Source: Camelus dromedarius
Lineage: Eukaryota
Direction of reading: 5' to 3'
Length of the DNA: 64,000 nt
NCBI RefSeq assembly: GCF_036321535.1
Contig: NC_087437.1
Location: 76,324,001-76,388,000, forward strand
A model generated the notes under the pieces. It was not told where the DNA came from. It saw only the letters and a program-made list of their open reading frames with translations, and ran no database searches. A program made the position numbers and the translations under genes. Within the stretch, counting starts at the first letter, position 1. Every line of letters starts with the position of its first letter. This document shows, piece after piece, positions 53,676 to 64,000 of the stretch.

Positions 53676-53691
53676 GTCCCTTCGTTCTCCA
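53676..53691 (-). other. Primer binding site, tRNA-Arg-like
   Basis: - strand TGGAGAACGAAGGGAC just after the 5' LTR; resembles Arg PBS TGGCGACCACGAAGGGAC with one substitution and a 2-nt deletion; probable major splice donor GTAAGT at 53592-53587. Confidence 0.7.
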
Positions 53692-53697
53692 AAACTT

Positions 53698-54253
53698 TGT
53701 TACTGACCATTTTGAGTTGAACTCCAACAAGAGTCCTCTTGCACTGTGTTGTTTGAGCTAATAGAATGAGACCAAGTTTGGTGCTGAAGCAAAGGAAAGC
53801 TTTATTCTCTGATCAGAGAATGGAGAGAGTTGCAAGCCTGTGCTCTAGAGTCCAGGCTCTCCTGGACAGACTAGGGGCAGGGCTGCTTTATAGGGATTTT
53901 GTCAGTGAGGGAGGGGGTGGAGTTCTTGAGGGGCGGGCGCAGTTGTGCTGCTCATGCTCTACATCGCAGTGCTGGGAACAGCATCTCTGCATAAAGCTGC
54001 GCCCACTGCCACCAACTTGAATTGAGGTGTTGTGTTGAGGCACTTTTGCACACAGTTCCCAAGCTGAAGTGACAGGTGCATCCATTTTGCAAGAGGAACT
54101 CTGGTCTGAAGTGCTGATTGCAAGGCCTGTGCACACAGCACCCTATGAGCAGGTGAAACCAGACTAAGTACAAAGGAAAATAAAATGATTACATTTTATT
54201 ACTCAGATTCTATTTTTATTCCCTGGGAATTGTTAATGGCTTTGCAGGTGAAA
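53698..54253 (-). mobile_element. ERV 5' LTR (CpG-decayed)
   Basis: Homologous to 49050-49576; has TATAAA (53887-53892) and AATAAA (53801-53806) on the - strand; 4 CpG by manual count. Confidence 0.9.
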
Positions 54254-54633
54254 GTTCTACCTGTGCCTTGGATGCAAAGTGACTGAGATAAATGTAGTGG
54301 CTGGTCTGGATATCTCTGGTGATCAGTTGGAAGCATGGAGGTTTTCAAAAAGAGTTCTTGGGAGGTCAAAGCTGCAAAATTAAATGTCTTAATTTTACTG
54401 CTAAGGAAATGAAAATCAGCAGATGTAATATATCCAATATTTTATTATGAAATTGTGATAGCCCTTAGGTCTAGAACTTGTAGTGGTGATTCCAAATCTG
54501 AGAACTAACTCCCAGACCTAAATCCCCCATAGCAGTGGAGGAGCTGCTGTATTTTAGCTTGCAGTTTTCACCTGAGCTCTGCACCTAATTTTCCAGAGTG
54601 AGGAGAAAAGAAGGAAAGGTTTTGTGGAACAAC

Positions 54634-54880
54634 TGAGTCATTTTTCATTTTGACTTTCTCTCCTCTTTCAGTATCATTTTAAAAGGAGGTTTTATCATCA
54701 AACACAGAACGTGCTTTATTCCTACCCCTACCCCTTTTCTGGCCTCCTCTTCCTACCTATACACATGAGGGCTCTCTATCTGCTGAGTCATCACAGCAGG
54801 GCAATGAGTCAGCTTGTGGCTTTCCTTTATCCTGAGGTGTGAATTAACCATTGGTTATTATTTAATTTAATCCTGAGTCA
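54634..54880. promoter_or_regulatory. AP-1/NFE2-MAF motif cluster (candidate enhancer)
   Basis: Four exact TGAGTCA at 54634, 54784, 54805, 54874; TGCTGAGTCAT at 54781-54791. Confidence 0.55.
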
Positions 54881-57800
54881 CCAGTGGGCATTTTTGTTTT
54901 CCTTTCTATATAATTTCCATATCTATAGATATATTAGTCTCTCATACCCATTATAATACAAGTGACAATGAAGTTTTCCGTTTTTAAACCCTCAACTTCA
55001 CCTGCAGCAAGCAGGACAATATCATTTCATTTCCTATTCCTTCCTGATTGTTGTGAAGAAATGATCATGAAGTGCCTGAGGCCCAACATGTCCAAAATGA
55101 AAAGAATGGACTATATCACAGTCCAGCCACATAGCGTGTATCTGTGTGTGTCTGAGTGTGGTGGTGGTGATACTGCCTTCTGCAGACTTCATGGTTCCAC
55201 CAGGAGGGATGTGAATTAGCATGTCACTCCTGCCCTCTCTCCATCCCCTCAGAGGAGGAGGAGTGCTTTTGCTTAAGGCTGAGTTTGACATAAAGAACTA
55301 AGAATGCATACCTCATCTCCTTCCTCCTTTCCTCTGTCTTTGGGATTTGCCTGACGGCCAAGAGCTCTTCATTCTGCCCTCCTTGTCACCAGCTGGACAA
55401 GGGCTGACTCTACTCCCCTTCCCTCTCCCTGACCAGCTCAGGAGTTGAGGACAGGGCTGAAATGCAGAGAGACAATCCAATTCTGAGCTTGGGTATTAGG
55501 AAGACTGTGGTTGCCATATATCCATGCCATATCCATCATAAGTGGGATTTTTTTTTATCTCTGAATTGTTGTACTCTTCTGCCTATTTCAATTATAGAAA
55601 CTGGGAGAGAAAAAACAGCATAATTTACTCACCTTGTCCTACACCCAGCAAAATAGGCTCATTTTTAGTCATTACAATTTGGATGACATTACTTAGCTGC
55701 TTGTTTTGGAGAAGCCCAGATTAAAACCTATCAATAGTGGACTGCATTTGGTGAGAACCCCATGAATTTGAAACTCTGATTTTAGGTGCGTCGTTCATAA
55801 TGTAGATATGATTGGACATATTTTTTTTCCTTGCCACCACAAACGTGAGAAAAATGATAATGACCTGATTTTTTACGACAGCATTGTAAGTAGTAAACTG
55901 AAATTACCAGGTGTAGATACTTCAATCAGTTTCTTGAAATTTTTTATGCCCGTTTCCTTATCTGTGATATAGGGATGATAGTACCTCTCAAAATTGTTGG
56001 AAGGGTTAAATTAAATGAAAAGATGTATATGAGAAACAGTTCGGTACCAGGCCCATCATAAGCATTTGATATATGTTTAGTGAACACCTATGGTATGGTA
56101 GGTGCTGTGTCATAGAAAAGTATTCTTTATGAATCAGCAAACTCAGTGACCTAACATTTTGCTGTCCAAGATAGAACCATTTAAAAAGAAGGAAAAATAA
56201 ATTAGTCTTTAACTGGTGACCTCATCTTTTCCCCTTTTATCTATTCTTTAAATTTATCTTTTTATTTTTAATTCAACCAGTGCCATTTTGAGTCTATAAT
56301 ATCTAGTTCTTGATGTTTCTAATCAATGGAATTTCTTTTAAAAATTGTTAATATTGCCTTAAGAAAGAGAGAAATACAGAAGCGTGCTGCCAGGTTGGTC
56401 TCTTGGTGGCATCCCAGCTGACCACAGGGTGGAGGGGACAGGGAGGAAGGCTGGAAGGTTACTTGGCTCATGACTCCAGACTAGTCAAGACTGAGTTTGA
56501 GGTGCAAAAGGAGAAAGGTAGAAATGATCTCAAATTTTTCTTTCCTGTCTGTCTGGAAGATGAAACAAGCTTCACCAAACTTGTTTAGTTTCTTTGATAT
56601 TCCTATGGAACAGCACGTGTTCATGAGCCATAGGTTTTGGGAAAGGAGTCTGGGAATTGGAGTTGGTTCCCTGAGTCTTTATCATCTCACCTACTTCACA
56701 GTGACTCTGTCACAGTTGGTTCTTCTCAGGAAGGTGCTGAGGAAGAGGGAGACTACTGCACAAAGTCAGTCCACACATTTACAATCTCTAACAGTCCTGT
56801 CTCCCTCCCAGAACTGGAAGATCCCCAAATCTCCTGGTTTAAGAAGAAAAAAAGAAAAAGGAGAAAGAATTCTTTCTCACTTTGAAGATCTGAGCCTGCT
56901 GGATTTGTTTGCTTCTGCATAATTTAAGGCAATGAAGAGACCATCTCTTCTCTATGCTGAGGAAAGGAGATTCTCTTTCTCTCTGAGTGGCCTTAGGAGG
57001 GCTTGTCCAAAGCAAGTGTGACAGTCTAGGGTTTGGCTTGGTGAAGTGGTGGAGAGAGTCTTAGGCAGAAGGCTCTGGTTTTGCTCTGTCAATTACCTTC
57101 CTGGGCTTCATGGTGATTTTCAGAAAAATGAAGGGACCAGACTCAATGATATCTTAATTCCACTTCAATTTCAATATGAGAAGAAGTATACCTTCTGAGT
57201 CAGAAGGGGGAGTTAATTAACTTTCAGACTTCTGAATTTTTAAAAAATGTCTCCTGTTGTACTAAATGTTAAGTATTTATTATATATCACATTCATAATG
57301 TAAACCCACTTTTATATGCTTAATAAGCTTGAAGCTTTTAAAATTCACTTGATCTTTTTTCCAATATTTGATTGAAAATAATCATATATCATGCAAAAAT
57401 AATTCAAGAGTTGGAGACTCTTCCTTTATTAATGTCTGCTTCAGGTATTAAAAACATAAAAATAATCTGAGACCAGGAAGAGGTCATATAAAAGTGCATT
57501 TTATTGGATCAAAGATTCATTTATTTAACCTTTTAATATCACTGAAATTGGAATTTGCCTTATAATGGATAGCATCTTAGCATTCTGCCATAGATTAATT
57601 GATGATGCTTTTCTTTTCTTAGCGATACTTAAAAATAATATGCATGCTTGCAATTAATGGCATCTTAGATTTATTGAAATACAGTAAATATTAATTTACT
57701 ATAAATGCCTAAATTTAAGACTAACTTTCTAATCTTACATAAATGCATTATATATGCTAATCTTTAAGCTTAAATCTGAATTTCATGAATCTAATATATC

Positions 57801-58011
57801 TTAACAATCATTTTAAATACACAAAGCTATATTGAACATTTTTCATTCAGTGGAAGTTCCAACTTGAACCTAAGCTGGGATTTAACATGTCTGGGCATGT
57901 TGAATGGACCTGAGGCTGATTATGAGATATTAACATATATGAATTGATTCGTATGAGGTACTCTCAGAGGAAGAAGAATGTTCTGTTTTGGTGTCTACAA
58001 CTGGATGCACG

Positions 58012-58375
58012 CATATTGGTTGTGTTCTCTGGGAAGCAGCACTGAGATGAAGTAGGGCGTCCAAACAGTTTATTAGGGAAACATCCATGAAAGATAAAAG
58101 CAAGAATTGTACTGAGCAGGGAAAGTCTACAGATCTGACAGTCTGGGCCCACATACCAGGGAGCTCTAGAGCAAAGATTGTCTGTAAGATTGAGTCCCCT
58201 ACTGAACAGAAATATCCTGTTAGGGTTGCCAAGATACACGATGGTCTCCACTTGAAAGTTGAGGTGGATTTTGAACACACTGCAACTGGAGACTCAGCAA
58301 ACTGCATTCCTTGCAGGCAAAATAAAAATTCTTTCTTAATGAGAAATCTGAGAACTTCCCAGGTAGTACAGTGTC
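58012..58375 (-). mobile_element. ERVL LTR16-like LTR
   Basis: 'ttgtgttctctgggaagcagcactgagatg...tttattaggga...gggagctctagagcaaagattg'. Confidence 0.55.
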
Positions 58376-58435
58376 TGTCTTAAGTAGCCGTTCTGATCCA
58401 AGGACTTATGCCTAAATCCTGTAGCAAGAGGCATG

Positions 58436-58884
58436 TGTCAAGAGGTCTGAGATTTTACCCTAACAACTTAGCCTGGCACAGTGTCATGGACACCGATAGA
58501 AGACATGAGACTCCTCGATCAGAGACAGAGGACTTTATTGTTTACAGCACAGCATTATTATTATTATTCATAGCATGGTTGCATATTTCCACAAGGTGAT
58601 GCAAAGAGGGCTAGAAGATGTCTGTGCATGCAGTGGGGTGTGTTGAAGGAGAACCTCAAGCTTAGGGAATCTGACTCTTTCATAATGGGTAGAGAGCCTG
58701 CCTGACTTTTGCCCCAGAGGACAGTAAACAAATCTACCCTTTGCTCCAGAGGCAGACATTCTATCTTCCAAGGCTTTTGGTATGCAAACATCCTTAAAAA
58801 GCTAACCCAGAAGAATGGAAGCCAATTCTCTGCTCATAAGATGTGCAGAAATATGGGAGACCCATGGAGAATCATCTCCCAACA
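58436..58884 (-). mobile_element. Old solo LTR, family unresolved
   Basis: TGTCA...'gaggtctgagattttacccta'...'ggactttattg'...'tctcccaaca' terminus. Confidence 0.6.
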
Positions 58885-60584
58885 AGTTGCTCCTAACAGA
58901 AGCTTAAGGGAATGTTTTCATAAGTGACTCTAGAAGACAAGGGGCACAAAGTAGAGACAACTCTGCCTGGTTCTAAAGTGTTGACATATTATAGGGAGAA
59001 GGATATTCTTCCTACTTCTTGCAACACAAAGGACTTCAGCTCAGAGAGAATTATAGGGGAGGCTGTGCCATGTAGGCACCTGGAGGATTTACAGTTTGAG
59101 GATCACCAAAAAACCCCCAGCATTATCAACGTGAACATCAGTGCTCTCACTGACTTCCCCTCTCAGTTTGACTGTAGTGAGTTAGGCCACAGCCTGAAAA
59201 TGATGAGAAGATTGTGAAAATTTTGGAGATACTCTTTCAGGACCTCTAGAGATAGTTGGGCAGGGATGCAAGGGCTGATTTTCTTCGGACCAATTCCTAT
59301 CACCTGTGGAGGTGAGGATAAGAGGCAGAGAAATTTGAGATGTGACCACTGCTATTATCCTACTAGTATCCTGGGGAGACCTGCTTAAAGAAACTCAGGT
59401 CATGCCAGTCGTGCTTATTCAGTAATTCTCATGAGTTCTTTGAGATATGAATGACTATATTTAGTAACTCTTTTCAGCCTAATTATAGTTGGCAGTGTGT
59501 CTGTTTCCTTATTTGTCCCGTAACCTTCCTTTCTCCGGAATGCTGAAGAGAAGACTGAATAAGCAAATAATTTCATCTAGGTTAAAAAAAAATTAAAGAT
59601 TTAGAATTAATGAAGGGATTTCTCATTCACATTTCAAAGCTCAGTTCAATATTTGTCTTTTTCTTGAAGCTGGTTATTCTAGATCAGTGTGGTTTCTTTC
59701 TTCTTCAACTCATATGACTAATTCTAGGAATGGCAAAACTGTTTCATCACGTATACTTAATCAGTTAGAAGTGAGTAGTCGAGTAGTCAGAGTACGTTAT
59801 TGAGAATTGTGAGACCATGTCCCAACTCTTGGGAAAGGCAGCTGCGAGCAATGTGGTCCATGAAGTTGATATGGAGAGGTTGCAGATGCGTGTTATATAT
59901 TTAATGATACTTGCCTGAGTATGTCCTTAAATGCTTTTCCACAGAAGACAGCTTTTTTTTTTTTAACACAGAGCAATGAAATTCCATGAAACAGGTGTTC
60001 TTTTTCCAAACAAGTTTGGAAAACATTGCAAAGTATGAAACTCTTTGAAATTCACAGTAAATATTACCATAACAAAGGCTATAAGAAATCATGCATTAAA
60101 GAAACCTGCTTGAGTATGTATAATTTAGGATCTTCAAAAAATTTACTACAGTACCTCTTTTCTCCATAATATCCTAACAAGCTAGTCACTACATAACACC
60201 CCATGATAGGCTTAGTTTTATTCTCTTGTGTAGAAATATAATTCTTGAGTTATTTACCTTTTCATGTTTTTGTTTATCTCTCTCTGCAGCTGAACTATAA
60301 GCTTGTTGAGAACAGGGACTGTGTCCTAAACTTCTTGTATGTATCACAGAATTTAAATCAATGCCATGTACATAGTTGGAGTTCAATAAGTATTTTTTTA
60401 ATGTCTTATCTAAGTGTACCATGGTAATAATGGTGGCGATAGATACTTCACAGATTCACTGGTATATTCCCAGTGAATTCCTAACTGAATTGCAAGTTAG
60501 GATTAAGTGTTAAGACAGAAGAGGAGACTAAAGTAAAACACAGTTCTTGAAAAAAGGAGCCTAAAGGTTTTTAAGGCAATTAAA

Positions 60585-61015
60585 CATTTTATTTTATTTA
60601 AATTTTATCAGTCTTACTGAGATATAATTGACATACAACATTGTGTAAGTTTAAAGTGTACAATATGATGATTTAATACACATATATATTGTGAAACGTT
60701 TACCACAATAAGGTGAGTTAATACATCCTTTACCTTAATTACCATTTCATTGTTGCTGTTGTTATGGTGGGAACATTAAAGCTCTACTCTCATAACAGTT
60801 TTAAGTATACCAACAGTATTGTTAACTATAGTCACCATGGGTGCCTTAGATCCCTGGAACTTACTCATCTTAAAACTGGAAGTTTGTGCCCGTTGTTCAA
60901 CATCTCCTCGTTTTCCCTACCTCTCTGTCCCTAGCAACCTCCATTCCATATATAAGTAAGATCGTATGGTATATTTGTCTTTCTCAGTCTGATTTGTTTC
61001 ACTTAGCATAATGTT
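60585..61015 (-). mobile_element. L1 3' end (older L1M-type)
   Basis: 'gagatataattgacatacaacattgtgtaagtttaaagtgtaca...tatttgtctttctcagtctgatttgtttcacttagcataatg'. Confidence 0.8.
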
Positions 61016-61179
61016 GAGACAATTTTCAAGTAAAAACAATGGGCTCGTATTGCAGCAGAAGAGAATGAAGTAAGAATATAGAGAAGAGCCTGACAGTGGG
61101 TGTTGGCTTCCCTGGAACGGGTTGTCTGACAGGGGGTTCCCATCTGGACCAAATGTTCAGTTTGCTTGGATGCTTGTGA

Positions 61180-61420
61180 AACAGTATAGCAAGTAGTGAA
61201 GTGCGTTTTCCTGGCCACACTGCCCAAGTTCAAGACTTAGCTCTGCCACTTGCTGGTTGTCTGACCTCAAGTCAATCTCAACTGCCTATCAAGAAAATGG
61301 AATAAAAAGAGTGCCTACCTTGAAGGATTATTATGAACATTAAATAAGATATTTATAGAATTTTCACAGTGCCTGTTCCATGTAGTAGGCAAAAATCAAT
61401 ACATGTAATCTATTATTCTT
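61180..61420 (+). mobile_element. MIR SINE
   Basis: 'agttcaagacttagctctgccacttgctggttgtctgacctc...aaaatggaata...cctacctt'. Confidence 0.65.
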
Positions 61421-62614
61421 GCTAGAGTAGATAAGAAAAAACACAGAAAGGTCTTTGAATTTTTGAAAAGCAATGTAGTGTAAGTCTTTTTTCCTTGATG
61501 TTTTCAGATGTCTCTTTTTTTCTCATTTTTTACACACCTGATACATGCTATGTCTTGTATGGCAGTATGATCAGTCAAATTTGTACAATCAATTAAAGTC
61601 TTACTTTAGTGAATGATTTTACTTAAGGGCAAAAACCATATCCTACATTTTTTGTAACACTTGCTGAGCCAGCACAGTATTTCCTAGCAGTTTTATGCTC
61701 AGGAAAAGATCATTAAATATTACATTAAAGAGTTAAAAAATATATTAAACATTAAAAATAAATAACTTCCAAATGTGATTATAAATTAAGAGGTAACTGG
61801 TTCTTTTAAGTATGACCAGGTATGTTAGCTGGCTAGATACCTGAATTGCTGCTCTGCATGTTTTCTTAAAATATATGCATACTTTCTTAAAGCTGCTATT
61901 ATTTTGGATATTAACTATTTCAGTGTACATTTCTTGGAGCCTACTTTTAGAGTTGCGTTGCCTGTTTACCAATTCCCAAGCATTTTAATTGCATTTTTAA
62001 ATAGCCATTTTTCTCTTTTTTCTATTTAAAATTCATTATTTATTTTCTTCAACAGTACCAGTCATTCTTTCAGGTTTAAAACCATCAAGTTTAGAATTAA
62101 ATATTTTAAAACAATTCCTCAATTGTATATTACTAAAAATATAATGGGTGATGGTAACATATATTTTTAAACATCCCATTTGTTCATTATTTCTGTTGGC
62201 TATTTAGGCTTTACTCAGCTTAGGCAAAGCATGGATTGAGCACCAGCTTATGTTTTTTCGTCTTCTCTCATAAGTCATAAGGTCTATTTTGGAGCTTGGC
62301 TGGAAGACTCTCCCTCCCTTATTCTTCCTGGACAAGAAAAGCATAGCCGGGAAGAAAAAACTTGATAAACCTCCTAAATTGTTACTGTGTTTTAGGAACT
62401 TGTTGTTATATCTGAAAGCCTCATAGCAATCTTATGAGGCAAATACTAACATTATTTTACTGAAGATCTGGAAGCCTGGGAAAGTGAAGAAAGTCATCTG
62501 AAGTTAATTGCTAGTAACTAGTTGAACTAGGATTTAAGCCTGAAGGTCAGTCTGGTCTGAGTCTATAGTTGTAACACCACCCTATGTATTTCACCTATCA
62601 CTTTTGAGACAGTA

Positions 62615-63074
62615 CAGATAGCCCTGGACTTAAAACTTTTTGACTTTATGATGGTATGAAAGCAATATGCTTTTCAGTAGAAACTGTATTTTGAATTTTG
62701 AATTTGGGTCTTTCCTAGGCTAGTAATGTGCGGACTGACACTCTCATGATGCTGGGCAGCGGCAGTCAGTCAGCCATGCCATCAGGAGGGTGAACAAGTG
62801 ATACACTTAACAACCATTCTGCTTTTCACGTTCAGTGCAATGTTCGATAAACTACACGACATATTCAACACTTCAGTATAAAATAGGCTTTATGTTGGGT
62901 GTTTTTAACCTAACTGTAGGCTAATGTATGTGTTTTGAGCATGTTTAAGGTAGGCTAGACTAAGCTGTGATGTTCAGGAGGTTAGGTGTATTAAATGTAT
63001 TTTTGACTTACAATACTTTCAGCTTATGATGGGTTCATAGGGATGTAACCGTATTGTAAGTCAAGGAAGATCTG
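62615..63074 (-). mobile_element. Tigger5/MER47-type DNA transposon
   Basis: TA-CAGAT...GATCTG termini; 'taggctagactaagctgtgatgttc...ttaggtgtattaaatg...gacttac' matches remembered MER47. Confidence 0.8.
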
Positions 63075-64000
63075 TGGTATTATTTTTATAGTTAAAATAC
63101 AAATGAATAAGCAGAAGTAGACCATTTTAGACTGTTCATGGACAGAACATTGGAATACCTCCCACTTTTCTTCATACATACTACAACTCTCTGAATATGT
63201 TTCATCTTAAAAAGAAACGGAAATGGTTCACAGTAACTTTTAAAAAGCTAACATTTGTTCTGCAGACTTGAGTCTGGTTCTCCTGTTTTCACATTCACTC
63301 AGCACCCACTGAGAACTCCCATTCATGTTGAGTCAGCTAGTAAGTGCATAGACAGTTCTAAAGCTTATGAGTAAGAGAATTGGGATGACTACCATCTTTA
63401 TTTTAAAGCCAAAATTTGAAGTTTGAATAAATGGCTTAGTCTCACCGATCCCCCTGTGAGACTAAGGTTTTATATCATTGACTCACTTGAAACTTAGTCA
63501 TCTATAAAGCAACTAGAACATAATGAAGAAGAGGAATAATTGTTTTATTTCTGTTATAAAGCATTTCAAAAACATGTATTTCTTGTTATCGACGTTGTGT
63601 GCTTTTATCCACTATTAGTTTTTTCCTGTAAGAGCTCTAAGCCTAAACTTGGCTTTCATCTGGAAAGTTTTCTGAGAATATTATCTTCCTCAGAAAGCTC
63701 ACAAAATGATAACTTGGCAAAAAAGGAAGCAGAGGCTTTTGTTCTGGGCCTTCCACCATATGATAAGAAGATTTTGCATAAATCCCACATTAAGAAAATT
63801 TTCTTGTATCACTGAGCTTGCAAGAAGAAAGGAAAATCTCCAAGAACCCCAAACACAGAAACACATGGAGAAGAAAATACACATGCACAAAAATCTATGA
63901 TGTAAAATCAGAGGAATGAGTAAGCTTCTGTGAAAAAGCAGGGTTACACTGCTTGTAATGCCTGTGTCAGAGCTAAGATAAGGAGACTAAGCCTTAGGCA

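Larger units (their letters stand above)
49050..54253 (-). mobile_element. Internally deleted ERV1 (gammaretrovirus-like) provirus
   Basis: Two homologous LTRs, 4-bp TSD GTTC (49046-49049 and 54254-54257), PBS, PPT, gag/pro/RT/env remnants in canonical order on the - strand. Confidence 0.93.

Noticed and set aside
56497..56922. 141-aa ORF
   Set aside because: Non-ATG start, no recognisable homology, no supporting exon structure

Overview
Mammalian, AT-rich, repeat-dense genomic DNA, probably camelid (inferred from tRNA-derived SINEs with a GGGGAG(G/A)GTATAGCTCAGTGGTA head and the L1 3' ends). The only credible host protein-coding gene is the intronless-CDS testis gene CCDC54 (40815-41801, minus strand, 328 aa). 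About 7.2 kb upstream, in the same orientation, lies an old, internally deleted gammaretrovirus-like (ERV1) provirus (49050-54253) with both LTRs, a GTTC target-site duplication, a tRNA-Arg-like PBS, a PPT and degraded gag/pro/RT/env remnants. Its two LTRs have diverged very asymmetrically. The gene-facing 3' LTR keeps 25 CpGs and carries YY1/GC-box/E-box motifs but lacks TATA and AATAAA; the 5' LTR has 4 CpGs and has both signals. This suggests the 3' LTR was co-opted as a germline-unmethylated CpG-island promoter. A good splice acceptor 37 nt upstream of the CCDC54 ATG and an AP-1/NRF2 motif cluster beside the provirus fit that model but do not prove it. The rest is L1, L2, MIR, MaLR/ERVL LTRs, hAT/Tigger DNA transposons and microsatellites. 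Repeat family names are recognised by eye, not from a database search, and many boundaries are approximate.
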